Origin: the human T2T-CHM13v2.0 reference genome, Homo sapiens
DNA: 64,000 bases
Strand: one strand, 5' to 3'
Assembly (NCBI RefSeq): GCF_009914755.1
Contig: NC_060935.1
Below the pieces are notes generated by a model that saw only the letters and a program-made list of their open reading frames with translations, made no database searches and was not told the DNA's origin. The position numbers and the translations under genes were made by a program. Of this stretch, positions 42,556 through 57,143 are shown piece after piece (the first letter of the stretch is position 1; every line of letters begins with the position of its first letter).

Positions 42556-43324
42556 TTTTTTCCCACAAAAAAGTTAAAACTCAACTGTACCAAAAGTTAT
42601 CTACAACCCTACCATACTGGTATATCCAGAAACAAAATATGTAAACTCCTAATTATAACACTAAAATCATGAAAATAAAGCCAAACTTGTGATGAAAACT
42701 CTTCCCATGCTCCCCCACCCCCGAGAAAAGGGAGGTTTGTATGTGTTTCTCAGGAGTCTTTGGTTTGTGCACACTGAGCATATTTTAGCTGGGTGGCTCC
42801 TGAGGGAATGGGATGAACACACACATTTGGTGTAAGGAAGCAAAAAGTCGTGAGATCTTATGGAGAGACTAAGAGAGGAGTAGGGTTTGTGGAAGGGTTT
42901 GTACCTGTGGAATTAACTTGACCCCGCTAGAATGCAGCACCTCCGATGCTATGGGGTACCTTGGGCTCTGTACACATTATGCACCATATACGGTACCTTG
43001 GAAAGCACTGGAAATGATCCTGATGGACCTCCAAAGGACTCTGAGTTTGAACCACTGTGAGTATCCCCAATCCCCAACAAAAGTGAGTGACCAATCAGTC
43101 ATAGGGCTAGCACCCAGCAGCAGCTACAGACTACAAAGGCTGGACAGTTATGTCCTTGGGCAAAGAGTGCCCTGTTGTACTTCACTGTGTGCACTTAGGA
43201 CTCTTAGATGATCTCATAGAGTGGGAAAGAGAGACACCACAATATTCCAGCCCAATTTCTCACCAGTTAGGTGGAGAGGGAACAAGAAACAGATTAAATA
43301 TGATATGAAAAAATAAAGGAAGGT

Positions 43325-43665
<341 letters not shown>

Positions 43666-46549
43666 CTATCATGCACTAATATTTATATCACATCCATCAG
43701 GTTTTTGTTGGTTCAACATAAGTAGGTGCTACTCGCTTCTAATTCTTGGGCAAAACAAATATTTTTATACCTCTGTACCTTTGTTTATGCTGTTCTTCCT
43801 TCCCAGAATGTCCCTTCTCTCTCCCAGTCAGTCTTCAAATCCCAGCTCAGTAAAGACTTCCCGACCTAACTGGACTTCTTATTACGCTTTACTCTGAGTT
43901 CCTGTAGCATTCCTAACTATGACTCTAGACTCTGTTACAGCACTTGCCACATTGCACGAGACATTGTTCCCTGTCTTAGTTTCCTGATTGCTAGTGATAA
44001 ATTAAGGTCTCAAAGGGGACAGGTACGTAAATATTTAACTTAGTTACTTTGAATCCTTATGTAAAACCAGGACCATCAAATGTGTTCCCCCAAAAGCAGA
44101 TTATCCCTTTATATTGATATCATATTCAGGTCATGGGACCCTTCCAAACCTCTGGGTATAGTACTTTATACTGAATTATTGACTGTCTTCCTCCACAAGT
44201 TTGGCTAGCACAGTGCCAAGTAGGAGCCCTTGTGGGAGAAACTGCCTTTCTTACTGGATAAAATCCAGAGCTTTCACATTGTGGAGGCCTCAAAAAGCGT
44301 ATGGATCTGGAATCTATAAGCAGTTCAGGAAACAAAACAAACATAAATGGCTGCACCAGTCTTGTGGACATCTATAGAAATGCTTCCTTCACCTTGTTAG
44401 AGCATAGAAACCCCAAATAAATGAGTGGAGGACAGGGAGGTGGGCTTTGGATGTAGTTTTACATTACTTCTCCAGAATGTACTAGATATGCAATGTTGGA
44501 CAATTTATTTCATCTATGATTCTCAAACTTCTCTGTAAAATGAGAATTGAAAATGGTATCTCCAAGGCTATTGTGATGTTTAATGAGATAGCATCTGAGT
44601 TTCCTGTTCTATTGCTTTGCTCATGACAACATGTAAAAATGCGATTTGACCTATCCTGGCTAAACCATGACTCATATCTAACACAAAGAGCACACATGTC
44701 CCTTTGTGCATGAAGGAAACTAATATTTTATTGAGAAGCTATTACATCTTAGGTACTGTGTGATTTATGGATGGAATACAAAATAAACAAGATTCATCAC
44801 CTTTTTTTTTTTCTCAAGATGCTTGAATCTTAGTTGAAAATACAGGGTATAGATAAGGCAAATAGTCCAATATTTAAACATCAATGTGGGACACACTATG
44901 AAACAGCCACATGTGATCTAGTGAGGCATGCATTCTGTAGACTCCCTGCTGTTGTCAGTAGCATTACTTAATAATGTTGTTGGGACACAGGGGAGAAGAA
45001 GATGGTCTCAAAATCGACTTTTTGATGATAAATAAAGACAATTCTTATTTAATGTGTTTGGATGACTAAATCTTCCAAACGGTTATCTAAGCCAAAAAAA
45101 TAGCTTTTATTTTAAACTACTGATCCTTGAACAATAACAGCTTGATTAATCCTAAATGTTGAATCAATGAGGTGCTAAAATGATGATCTGGGCCACTGAT
45201 GGTTAAATAAAATCCTTTTCACTTCAGCCCTTGCTGAAGTTCCTTAAAAATTTTTCACATTCATTTTCCTGCCATAAGCAATAGAATGTTGTTAAAAATA
45301 ATGTACTCTGATGATAAGTTATGGAACATCATGGAATTATAAAAAGGGTGAATATTGAGATGGACAATCAATGACCCTAAAACATTAAAAAAATTTTTTT
45401 GGGGGGGATTCCTAACCTCTCACATAAGATTTCTGGTTTTTGTCTTATCATGTCGGGGATATTTTTGTGATGAGTCTTTCTATAAAATTAGAGTAAGCAA
45501 AATATTCCAATGCACTGAAAGCCATGGTTACCTGAGTTCCTGTAAACCAGGATTTTTCTCCATCTGTTAGGTAAGATATTGATAGAAAAGTCTTCTGCTA
45601 TATTTGATGCCAAATTGCTAGCTTGGATTTAGAGATGAAGGTTTTTAAAAATGCAATGTACCAGCTACAGGTTTTAGTGCCAACTGCAGAGATCAATATC
45701 ATTTATACACCACAGTGGGAGCATTTATTAAGCAATCACTCTGTCTTTGATTCCCAGGGAGAAAATCAAACTTCACACTTTGTGTTTATGTGGCAGTTGT
45801 CTTCACAGATCACAGTGAGCCCTTGTGAAGTCCAAGTGAGCTGTGTTCTACGTAACGTGTCCTGTGCTTGTAACTTGAAAGTGTGAGGCTGGTTTCTTCC
45901 CATTCCCCTAAGCCCCTTCTTCTAGAATTCACTAATATTAGACTGATTCATTTTGGAGCTAAGAAGCCTTATTGGAAAGTAATTCAAAAAAGGGTTGACA
46001 CCTGGAATACTGACCTACAATGGCATGACTGGCTGACTGAATGGCACCTGCAGGAAGCCAGATTGCTGTGGTGGACTGTGGGACCAGTGGGAAACTATCA
46101 ACCCTGAGTGAAGATAAGCTAAACTCAGCCACAGGGCCTGAGGGTTGGAGAAATACAGTGGTGCTAGGTAAAATATGGTGACTGTAACTGAATCATGTGG
46201 AAACTTTGGATGAAAGTTGTATATGTTGAATAGAAATATATATTTTATAAGAAGATAAATATTAACATGCATGTGTTACTAGTCTTATACCCCTTATCAT
46301 TTCCCAAGATTGATATACAGTCTTTGCTTATTCAACTTCTTTTCCTCCTCTGTATTCTAAAAAGATTTCTCCTTTCACCAAAGTTGTTCCTGAGATTTGT
46401 GATTTATAATCTTTTGAGTAGTTAGAAATGCATGGTTGGCTAGTATATCAGGGAAAGTGATATGTTGAGTTGAGGATTGTGTTGAAGATGGGGAACTTTA
46501 GATGAGAACCGGGACTGGATGATTTAGGGATAAGGGAAAGTGATGTTGG

Positions 46550-47958
46550 GGCCAGGAAATGATCCAGATTTTGTGGGGCTGGAAACTTATACAATAATTG
46601 AGATCTCCTCTGAGAGACAGAATGCAAAATTACAAAAAATTAGGTGTGAAATTGAGTATTTATTTAGCAAAAGAAAATAAATCACACTAAGTCCCAATGT
46701 TAAAGGGCAGATAAATATCACAAAAGTCACTGAATGCATAATACATTAATTAATTATTATTGCACACTTTTGTTATGGACTGAATGCTTGTATCCCCTCT
46801 AAATTTATGTGTCTAAGCCCTAATCCCCCAATGTAATAGTTTTTGGAGATGGGGCCTTTGGGAGGTAATTAGGGTTAGATGAGCTCAAGAAGGTGTAACT
46901 TCATGATGGGATTCGTGTCTTTATAACAGACATGAGAGAATAATCTCTCTCCTGCACACATGTAAAGAAGATAGCCTGTGAACACATGGTAAGATGGTGG
47001 TAGTCTGCAAGCCAAAAGAAGAAGCCTCAGAATGAAAATTATCTTGTTATCACCTTGATTTTGAACTTTCCAGCCTTCAGAACTGCGAGAAATAAATTTC
47101 TGTTGTTGAAGCCACTCAATCTATGATATTTTGCTATGGTAGTTCAAGAAGACTGGAATATCTTTATACATATATTTTCACATATATATTATGGATATCA
47201 TATTTTTCATACATATTTTTGGTTGTATAGCTTGAGCACTTCTCTATACAAAAACGTGTTCTTCTAAATATTTTCAGTCTTTATATAATTGGTTGAAGTG
47301 TGTATTATTAAAATTGTGATGTGACAATATATCAATTATCTCACAGATATAGTAATCATTTATAGAGTTGTGCCTTAAAACCAAAGAAATTCTGATAAAT
47401 TCTATTTCCCATCAAAAGACATGGTTGTTTTAAAATCGCAAATGCTGCATTATTATTTTCCTTAAGAGAATTTCTCTGTCTCCTCTACAATTTTACTTTT
47501 TGATAATTTGAAGTATTTTCCACATACTAGCTTCTGGTTCTCCAATTTCGAACCTGGTTTCTTCCTGACTACAAATAGTTCTGGTGCCTGGTGCTGTAGG
47601 ACAGATTCACTTTGCAAGCACCACCTCTGCTTCTGTGCCTTTGTGTTTACGATAGTGGGTGGGTTGGCATGGCGGGCAGGAGGAGTATTCCTGAAAACCA
47701 TTCCAACCTGGAAAAGCTAGAGATGACTATAAACCACATAAATATATTCTATTCAAACTACATGTATCTTAGATTTAACCATGCCTTAGATTTCCAAGAT
47801 GCCCATAGTCCACTGTCACCCAACACAGGAGCAAGTGTGACAGAGGGGAAGTCAGAGTGGGAAAAAACAACAATCTTGACTACAGTATTTTCACTTAAAA
47901 TATTTTTCCAGATTTTACAAAAACATGATCACGTGAATACATTGCTAGGGTCTTCCTT
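46550..47958 (+). mobile_element. Old hAT-type element (MER53/MamRep1894-like), interrupted by MLT1A
   Basis: Start 'gatccagattttgtggggctggaaacttatacaat' and end 'tgatcacgtgaatacattgctaggg' resemble recalled consensus ends. Confidence 0.4.
46771..47160 (+). mobile_element. MLT1A/A0 MaLR LTR
   Basis: 'tgttatggactgaatg..ggagatggggcctttgggaggtaattagggttagatgag..cagaactgcgagaaataaatttctgttg'. Confidence 0.8.
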
Positions 47959-50371
47959 TTCCCTGTTGGTCTTCTGACTCATTGTCTTATCCATTTTTGA
48001 AAGTGGAATATTAAACTCTTTTTGTTGAATTTTCTATTTGTCTCTTGAATTCTCTCAGTTTTTGCTTGATGTATTTTGGGTCTCTGCTGTTAGGCGCATA
48101 TATGAGGTTATGTTTTCCTGATGGTATTGTACTTTTATCATTATATAATTTTTCTCTTTATCTCTAATAAATTTTTTGTTTTAAAATCTATTCTGTCTGA
48201 TTTACTACAGCCACTTCTGCTCAGATACTTTCGAGGGAAATTGACAATTGTTGGTTTGATATTGTATAAAAGGCAATATCATTTTTATCTCTATATCAAA
48301 AACTCACTATGATGGGAGAAAGGAGAAAGTTTTCATTAGAGAAATAAATATTGTATCATTTGGAATAAGTAACCTTTATTATAGCTCGATTCTTATTTGA
48401 ATTTTTGTCAGTGAGGGTAGGGTATTTTGATAGCTGTGTGAGGTGTCAGTTGCACAGATTGAATATAAAAAATACACTTCAAAGTTGTACTTTGGAATTC
48501 TTCTAGTTTGGGGTGAGGGAGGAAACAATATGGGCTTGGGTTTTTCTTTTTCTGGAGTTCAACTCCAGTGAAATCATGAGAGCTTGCTTGTTGATGAGGA
48601 TAATTTGTCTAAAGTTCCACACCATCCAGCAAGATACCCAAGCTTGACATCTTGGAATGATCCACAACTCCTCCTGGTTTCCCATGTCCCACACCAGTAC
48701 AGATGTGTGTTCAGCTCTGAAGTCTTGCCTGATTTATCACTGTTTCCCACCTCTACCTTCCCTTCCTACAGAAACTATTAGACTCTGTATCCCCCAAACA
48801 GTTTTTATACCTCTGTTATGGCACTTCTCACATTGTATTTTAATTATCTTTTTTAATATCTAGATCTCTCAAGTACATTAGATAGTGAGCTTTTTGAGAG
48901 GAAAAACTATATATTATTTAATCTTTGTATCTTTTATGTTCATGCTACATGCTTAATAGATGCTTAAACCTTTAAAAAATTTGAACATGACCATCCAATA
49001 TATTTAGTTAGTTAATGCTATAGTTTATTTGGAGAGTAAAAAAAGAAGAAAAAAAGGGTACTTGTCACTACTTGTGTTTGTTATTATGAATGTCACCCTA
49101 GAACTTAGGAGAAATAGGGTTATATAATTATATATTTAAATATTTATATATTTACTCATTGAGATAATCTATACTCATTAAAATAGTAATTGGCATATGT
49201 TCTTTTTTGGCTTTTATGTTCTGCTTGGTGAAATTATAGATATTTGACATATAGCCAGATTTTATTTTAAATGGCTGTACACCAACCAAATATAGTTTAC
49301 AAAACAAGGACATTCATGGAAACAGCAGTGTAAGAGCCCATTAGTAACTACAGGCTCCTAACAGATTGTTTGGTTGAAAATAGCTTACACTTAGTCTAGT
49401 AGAAGAAAGAATTTCTTCAAACTAGGATTTTCCTCTATCTCCATAGTTATTATGTTTGCCAGGTATCCAGGAATGTTGATAGGTCAAAATAATTGATTAA
49501 AAAAACAGCTTGGATTATTTCTACCAAATAGTTGAGATTATTTTCAGGCCCAAGATAGAGAACCATAGAATCTTGAATTTAAAGGGATCTTTCAATCAAC
49601 ATAGCCTGACTTCCATATTTTACAGATAAAGAAAATGAAGTCATAAGAATAGAAAGTGATTTTTTCAAAGGGCGAGAACCCACATTTTAAAAGTTCTAGC
49701 CTAGTAGTCTTTCCCCCACATCATTCAGCTTCTTACAAAGTATTTAACAAATACATTCAATACAATCTTTATCAAAATCCCAGATCTCTGTTGTGTAGTC
49801 AGTGACAACCTGAACTTAAAATGATCTAAGGGACCTAGAATAACCAAAACAGTCTTGAAAAAGAATACAGTTGGAGGACTCACACTTCCTGGTCTCAAGT
49901 CTTAGCATAAAGCTATAGTAATTAAGACACTGTGGTACTGGCATAAGGATAAATATAAATATCAACAGAATAGCATTATAAATCCAGGAATCAGCTCTTA
50001 CTTTTATTCAATTGATTCAACAACAGTACCAAGACCATTCAATGAATTGAGAAATAATAGTCTTTCTAACAATTTGTGCTGGGACAACTGGATATTCACA
50101 CAAAAAAGCATAAATTTGGACTCCTTACCTCACATCTTATCCAAAATGAACTCAAAGTGAATAATAGATCTAAATAGAAGAGCTAAATCTGTAAAATCTT
50201 AGAAGAAAACATAAATACAGGTATAAACCTTTGTGACCTTGGTTTAGACAATAGCTTCTCAGGTAGGACACAAAAAACACCAAAAACAAAAGAAAAACTT
50301 AGATAAATGGACATTATCACAAAGAAAACCTTTGTACTTCAAAGTTTACCATCAGAAAAGTGAAATGACAA

Positions 50372-50705
50372 TGTTGCAGGACTTTTCCTTAGTTCAACTA
50401 AAGATGGCCTCCTTGTCTGTCCCACTGCCACGAAAAATTAGGCTCACAGACAGTTTGAAGGGTGACTGAAGCAGGGTTTTATTTGGTGAAAAGGGAAAAA
50501 AGTGGGGAAAACAGGGACTCTCACAAGGCCATAGTCCCTGCTAGAGCACTTCCCACCTGGCAGTTTGAATCCTAGTTTCCACACAGGAAGAGGAGGGGAC
50601 AGACTCCTTCCTGCTGCAAAGGGCGTGAACTTCCCGAGGCTCCATCTCAGTGGGCAGGCTGGTTGGAGTTTCTCCAGGGACCCCCCTCTCTCCGGGGGTG
50701 TCTCA
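50372..50705 (-). mobile_element. ERV1 LTR, MER61-like (3' LTR)
   Basis: Minus strand reads TGAGACA..GGTCCCTGGAGAAACTCCAACCAGCCTG..AATAAA..AAGGAAAAGTCCTGCAACA and is preceded by the PPT TTTAGAGGGGGGAA. Confidence 0.75.
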
Positions 50706-52078
50706 TTCCCCCCTCTAAACAAGTACATCTGATTGCTGTTAGATTAAGGATAAGGACAAAGACCCATCTTAACTGCTTCCTGCTGTCGGGGGGCACTGTT
50801 TTGGGGAAATGACAGTCAGAGCTCCCTCAGAGGTCTATCTAAGCATTCCCTGCAGAAGGGGACATTGTCAGACGCTCCAGTTGCATGACTGTTTGGAGTT
50901 TGATGGCCTGAAGGCAAGAACAGACAAACCAGGTTATTAGAAAACATGTATCAAAATGAAACAAGGGGAGGGGTAAGGACAGCTCAAAAATTCTGAGGCC
51001 TTTTGCCAGTTTGCACAGGGAGGCCAAAAAGCTCGACTGGTAGACAAAAGGTTACCCTTTTGCCAGCATGTTGGGCTTCTGGTTTCCCTTCCTTGGAGCC
51101 CAATCCTAAGCCAGCCAGTTTAAGGTTTGGGAAATTAACTCTTTCCAGTTTGAAGTATGCATCTGAGGGGAGTGTCTCATAGTATGGAGACAAAATTACC
51201 TATTAGTGAAGACAGGACAGAGGAGAAGAAAGGAAAAAAGGCGCCTTTTAAAGGAGTCCAAGGGGTTTAGGATGCATTTGAAAGGGATACAGACTGAAGA
51301 TGAATGGCTACCCATCTACAGAGAGGGGAGCAGGCATCCCTGATTCCCTTCTCTTCCTAGCAGATACCTGGGGTAAGTAAGGGAGAGAGGGAAGAGCATT
51401 CTCTTTCCCTCTTCCCTCCTTGCATACCTGAGTTCCAGTGACCTTGGCAGGCACCACCATTAGTGTCAAAGCGACTTGCACCCATGAAGCAGGGGGATCT
51501 AGGGAGTGAGAATCATCTGCTCTTACCCACATATGCTGTCTCTCCCATGCTATCAGTAGGCTTGACTTCCCAAGACCTCATTTATGCCATGGATACTAAC
51601 GTGGCCTTTATCCGTGAAACAGGAAGCTTGGGCTTGGCTTAATCTGGAGGAATCAGCCACGCTCACCCGCGCTGTGCCTTTTAACCACTGTTGTCATTTG
51701 CCTCTGGATCCCTCAGATCCAGTTTCTTTCTTAGGGCTTTGACCCTAAGCTTGGAATTGAGTCTGGGACAAAAATGTGTCTCTGGGGGGTTGCATGGACT
51801 GTTTATCCTAAGCCCAATGCTAAGGTGAAGCTGTGGAACTGAGTTTTCCTCCAACAAGGTTGAGGAAAGGATGTCTTGTGACACACCCAGATAACTGGTA
51901 GCTATATAGTTTTGCTTACTAGGATTTGGGAGCATGGTGCTTGGCTTTGGTAAGCTCCCTTGATCTTACTTTACCAAAAGAAAAACCTTCAAATGATGGG
52001 CATCCTATTTATTCCCATCACCTGGCAGAATTTGCAGGATAATTGCTCAGAACTAGAACATTGATCCAGATTTCTACA
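50706..52078 (-). mobile_element. ERV1 (MER61/MER4-group) internal 3' region, no 5' LTR
   Basis: Contiguous with the PPT and LTR. MER4-group-like internal text. Stops at ..tttctaCA, followed by the TSD acaa. Confidence 0.7.
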
Positions 52079-52842
52079 ACAACACATAGAGTAGGAAAAT
52101 ATATTTGCACATTATATATCTGACATAGGATTTGCATCCAGAAAAATATATATATATAATCTTACAACTTAACAATTAAAAGGTGAATCACCCAGTTAAA
52201 AACAGGCAAAGGATTTGAATCAACATTTCTGAAAAAATATATATGAATAGCTAATAAGCACATGAAAAGATATTCAATACTATCAGTCATTAGGGAAATA
52301 CAAATGAAAACTCTATGCCTCAGAAATTCTACTCATAGATGAGTACTTAAGAAAAATGAAAAATCTATGTCTACCCAAAAATTATACTAAAATATTCATT
52401 GTAGCATCATTCATGATAACAAAAAGGTAGAAACAACCCAAATGTCCATCAACTGATAAATGAATGAAGAGAATGTAATCATATAATGTAATATTAATTA
52501 TTTGGCAATGAAAAGGAATAACATGCTGAATGATACCACAACACAGATGAGCCTTGAAAAAATTATGCCAAATGGAAGAAACCAGTCACAAAAGACATTC
52601 TAGATGTTTACATAAAATATCTAGAATAGGCAAAGTCCTATAGACAACATCTAGTTTATTGGTTACCAGTGGCATAGTAAAGGGGGAAAGCAAAGGGGTG
52701 GAGTTTTGCTTGGAGTGATGAAAATGCCCTAACGTTAGATAATGTTGACCGTTGTATGACTAAAAATGTGCCAAAATCCACTGAATTTGACATTTTCAAA
52801 AGGCTGAGTTTTATGGTAGGTAAATTATCTCAATAAAGATTT

Positions 52843-52866
52843 TATATATATATATATATATATATA
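52843..52866 (+). repeat. (TA)n microsatellite
   Basis: Direct reading of the sequence. Confidence 0.95.
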
Positions 52867-53997
52867 AAACTTCTATGTGTCGAGAACTATTAGTAACTCC
52901 ATTTTGTGAATCAGAAAATTTAGGCACTGGCCTAATTTTGGCATTTACCTAAAAATCATATTGATAATGAACAGCGACTCCAGGATTTGAGTCCAGCTGA
53001 TCCTTTATCCTACTCCAGGCCTTCATCTTAAACTCAGCTTAACTGTTGATTTATGGGTTATTGGGGGCTATATTATTGCTATGATGGAATCATGTGGTGG
53101 TGTACCCCTAAGATATATATAGTAAGTGAGGAGGCAGTATAATAAACAACCTGGAATCAGTGGCTGAATATCCTTGCTTATATAGAATCAACAGTGGCTT
53201 TCCATGAAACTAGGTTAAAAAAGCATAAATCTTTCTTCTTATATAATTATCCCATTTGGAAAATAAAATGTACAAATGAAACTCTGTGGCTTGCTAATGT
53301 GTCAAAGCAGAAAGTGCCTTCTGCATAGAAAACCATGTCAAAAAACCCCCAAGCCTCACTCTCATTATGGACCAAATGAGATTTTTCCAAGGTAGAGGTG
53401 ATAATGTATTCTCAGGTTTCTGAATATCAAACATATGAGGGTACTCAGGGACCTCCCAAACATATATTTCAAAGATAAAAATCTTTTCATCTTCAAAGAA
53501 TCAACTTACTATTCAACAAAGATGATTACAAAATAAGACAAACGGAATTATTCTGCCTCACAGTTGCATATAAAAATACATGTATATATACCAAAGTAGT
53601 TGAGAAAGATTAGAAGTTTGTGTAACTGAAAGAAAATACATTACAAAAGTTACAAGTGAGTCTTTGGAGACGGTGTCTGCTACTGTTTCTCATTAACAAG
53701 AGGAATGAGGAAGGGGGTGGGAATCAAAGGGATGTGTCTACAAAAGAGAGAGCAATGTTTAAAAGCAAAGATTCTAGAATTCAGAGTTCAATCTTCTAGA
53801 TTCTGAATCTGTCCCTTACTCTCTGTGTGCCTTGGTTTCCTAATGGATAAAATCAAGATAATGACAGTGCCTATATCAAGTGGCTGTAGGAAGGATAAAA
53901 ACGACAGAAGGAAAGGGTTTCCTGTTAATAGTTGGTACATTGTACGTTATTGATATGTATTAGCTATTATCCTTATAAATATTCATAAATAATACAC

Positions 53998-54200
53998 TAG
54001 AACTGTGTTTTGCAATAAAGTATCCCATAGTCATGTGTGGCTATTTAAAGTTAAATGTAGATTGATAAAAACAAAATGAAATTATAAACTCAGTTCCTTA
54101 GCTGCACTAGCCATGTTGCAAGTGCTCAGTAGTCACATATGGCTAGTGGCCACCATATTGCAGAAGAATTATATCCATCATCACAGATATCAAAGTCTCA
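53998..54200. mobile_element. MER3 (hAT-Charlie) MITE
   Basis: 'catgtgtggctatttaaa..ctcagttcctt..gcactagcca..caagtgctcagtagtcacatatggctagtggccaccatattg'. Confidence 0.75.
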
Positions 54201-56374
54201 GTGACAAATAGCAAGCTCTGTAGCCTCTCTAATTTGATTGAAGGTGAAAAAGAGATCTTTCTCCTTCTTCCACCACTGGGTCTGGAAATGCACAAGGCAG
54301 TGACAACTCTGTCCCAAGAAATCCTCTCTCTCAAAGCCATTCCCCCTCAACTCTTAAATGCTCTCCAAGAGAATGCTGGGCTTCTGCCAGCTGAATTTGT
54401 TTTACAATTACCTAGCCAGTACTCTTAGTTGGTCCTGTACCAGACTTAGAATATAAGACCACTTAGCAACTATTACATTATTGCCAAGATTTGGAGCCTC
54501 TGCCAGAATTTTCATTTTATCAGCTGTCCCCACTGCATCAATGTGTGTCCTTCTTCTAGTCTCCCTTAAACTTCTAACTTCTGAGTTCTGGATTTATGTG
54601 ATCTAAAAAACCGAGTAACCAAACTTATTATAATATATAAGGCTCTAGAAAGGGCTGTTAGTCCTTTGCAAGAATGTCAATGCATAAACACTTGAAGACT
54701 TTTTTAAAAAAATAAATTTCTTCTTGGCCCCTGCCTGGAGACCTAAGACTGCCACAATTCCTAGCCTGTGGAAAAGGCTTTATTTGCAATATCAGAGATC
54801 AATGAAGATGTATGAAGTGATTCTTTGAAAAAGAGTATAAGAAATAGAAGAATAATAGAAGTGAGATTAAAAAATACCTCCACCTAGCAAATCTGCGAAG
54901 TATGCAAATTTAGACAAATGGCCAGTTCCATTCAGTCATGGGCAAATTATGCCAAATCATTCATAAGTTGGCAAAAATCCATCCTTCAACTATAAACCAC
55001 AAAGAATTCACTTTACATAACCCAGTTCAGTATGCTTAATCATGTATTCATTATAATGTATAACCAAATACATTTTAGGCTGTCTATGCACATATGCCAG
55101 CTTGAGGAAAAGAGATGAAATCATCTAAATGAACATTTCTTGTTTGAATGTAAATGATGTATTTCTTGCAAATCTGATTTATTGAGAGGTGTGCATGAGA
55201 AATCAACTAAGTTAGGCTACATAGGATGGAACTCTGCTATCTTAGTAGACTTATTAGGAAGATCCTAATCCTTCTCATGGTAGACCTGCTGCACTACCGT
55301 TTTGATGTTAATGCTCTAATACTTTCTGTGTGTAGAGACATCTATAAGGATCCTGCTTCTGGGAAGTGAGACACAACTACTCTCTAGTCCCTGAAGCCTC
55401 TCTGGAGTTTTTCCAAGACTCAGGCTGAAGATTGCAGGGGGTAACAACACTACCCTGCTATTAGAGCTATCACTTCTCCTCCCTGGTTTTTCTCCTTTCT
55501 CAGTCATTCAATTCATCTTAGTTTGGATGGGAAAACTTGCTTTTATGTCATTATGAAATTATCCTGAAACTATGTTTATGAAATAAAGTTTATATATCTT
55601 CTGGGTCTTAGTTCTTAATAGCTAAAGGCAAGCTTTTAGAATGCAACAAACCCTTTCTCTTGCAAAAAGCTAGGGTCTCACAAATCAAAAGCACCTTTCT
55701 TTTAAGAGTCCTTTTATTTCTAAGTTTCAGAATTCAATTTTGAACCTTGAAGTCAATAATTGCTGTTTTGCCATCCCTCTAAAGCAATGGAAGTCATTGA
55801 ATAATAAATGGGAAAAGAGTCTCTGGGCAACTAGAATACGATACAGCATTTCAATCTTAGGACATAGCTAACAATCAAAATGCCACACTGGTGATACAGA
55901 TAACACAGGCTGTAGACATTTAGAAGATGAAGAGGTTTGCAGGGGATGAAAGGGTCAGAGGAAACTTCATGGTACTGGAAAAACTGAGCTAGGCCAGGGT
56001 GGACGGTTTGGGTTTTGGTAGGAAAAAAAGAAGAAGGGGTCGTATCTAGCACAGGCAGGAATGCACAAAGGAAAAAGATCCATTCAGTATGCCAGAGAGG
56101 AGCATTCATATGGGAAAGTCCCAGAGATGTGTAGTAGCTAAATGCTTTGAATGGCAGCCTGAAAAGTTAGGGCCACCTTTTCAGTTGCAGACAGGTGCTC
56201 TGTGACTTGCTGTGAACTGTTAGACACCTGAGTGAGGGATGTGGTTGCAACTTATCCTCCTGAGCCCAAACCTCGTCTGAGATCTCTAAGCTGCAGAATA
56301 GCACGTTTGTAGAGCACCTTTGTGTCACCAAACCTTTGCCCGTATATCACATATAATTCTCAAGTCAACCCTGT

Positions 56375-56737
56375 TGGTATGGTTTGGCTGTGTCCCCACC
56401 CAAATCTCATCTGGAATTGTAGCTCCCATAATTACCACATGTCATGGGAGGAACCTGGTGGGAGGTAATTGAATCATGGGGGCGAGTTTTCCCATTCTGT
56501 TCTTGTGATAGTGAATAAGTCTTATGAGATCTGATTATTTTATAAAGGGCAGTTCCCCTGCACATGCTCTCTTGCCTGCCACCATGTAAGAAGTGCCTTT
56601 GTTTTTCCTTTGCCTTCTGCCATGATTATGAGGCCCACCCAGCCATGTGGAACTGTGAGTCCATGAAACCTCTCTTTCTTTATAAATTACCCAGTCTTGG
56701 GTATTTCTTCATAGCAGTATGAAAATGGACTAATACA
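56375..56737 (+). mobile_element. THE1C solo LTR
   Basis: Full LTR tggtatggtttggctgtgtccccacccaaatctc..aatggactaataca. Perfect TSD CCTGT (56370-56374 / 56738-56742). Confidence 0.92.
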
Positions 56738-56879
56738 CCTGTGAAGGATCTAGTCTCCCACCTCCACCTTACAGAAGGAATGGACTTAGCATATCTTGAA
56801 ATTTTTTCATAAGTAGTTCACCTTTTGTGTTTACTACTTAGTAATTGGCTCAATTTGAGGATGGATAGGGAATGTATGG

Positions 56880-57143
56880 ATGAGTGTTTGGTTGAGTGTG
56901 TGGTGTGTGCATGTGTACATTTGTGTGGTATTTATGTGATATGTGGTATGTGGCAGGTTTGCGGTATATATATATGTCCTATATATACACAGATCACACA
57001 CATACACACACACACACACGTATATATATATGATACATGTCTGTGGTGTGGTCCGTTCCTTGTATGAGTGATGTGTGATGTGTGATGTGTGTGTGGTATG
57101 GTCTGTTCCTTGTATGAGTGATGTGTGATGTGTGTGTGTGTGT
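56880..57143 (+). repeat. TG/CA-rich low-complexity tract with a two-copy unit of about 50 bp
   Basis: 'gtgtggtccgttccttgtatgagtgatgtgtgatg' is repeated at about 57047 and 57096. Confidence 0.85.

Larger units (their letters stand above)
49815..52842 (+). mobile_element. L1MB-like ORF2/3' end, interrupted by an ERV1 element and internally deleted near 52315
   Basis: 'ggaggactcacacttcctg..aagacactgtggtactggcataagga'. Resumes after 52082 and ends at 'ctcaataaa' followed by (TA)n. Confidence 0.75.

Noticed and set aside
42700-43310. More GC-balanced stretch that might be an old LTR, with a 97-aa ORF
   Set aside because: I could not identify termini, a TSD or a family.
54890-54980. Octamer ATGCAAAT and NFI half-sites
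   Set aside because: Isolated short motifs are expected by chance in 64 kb.
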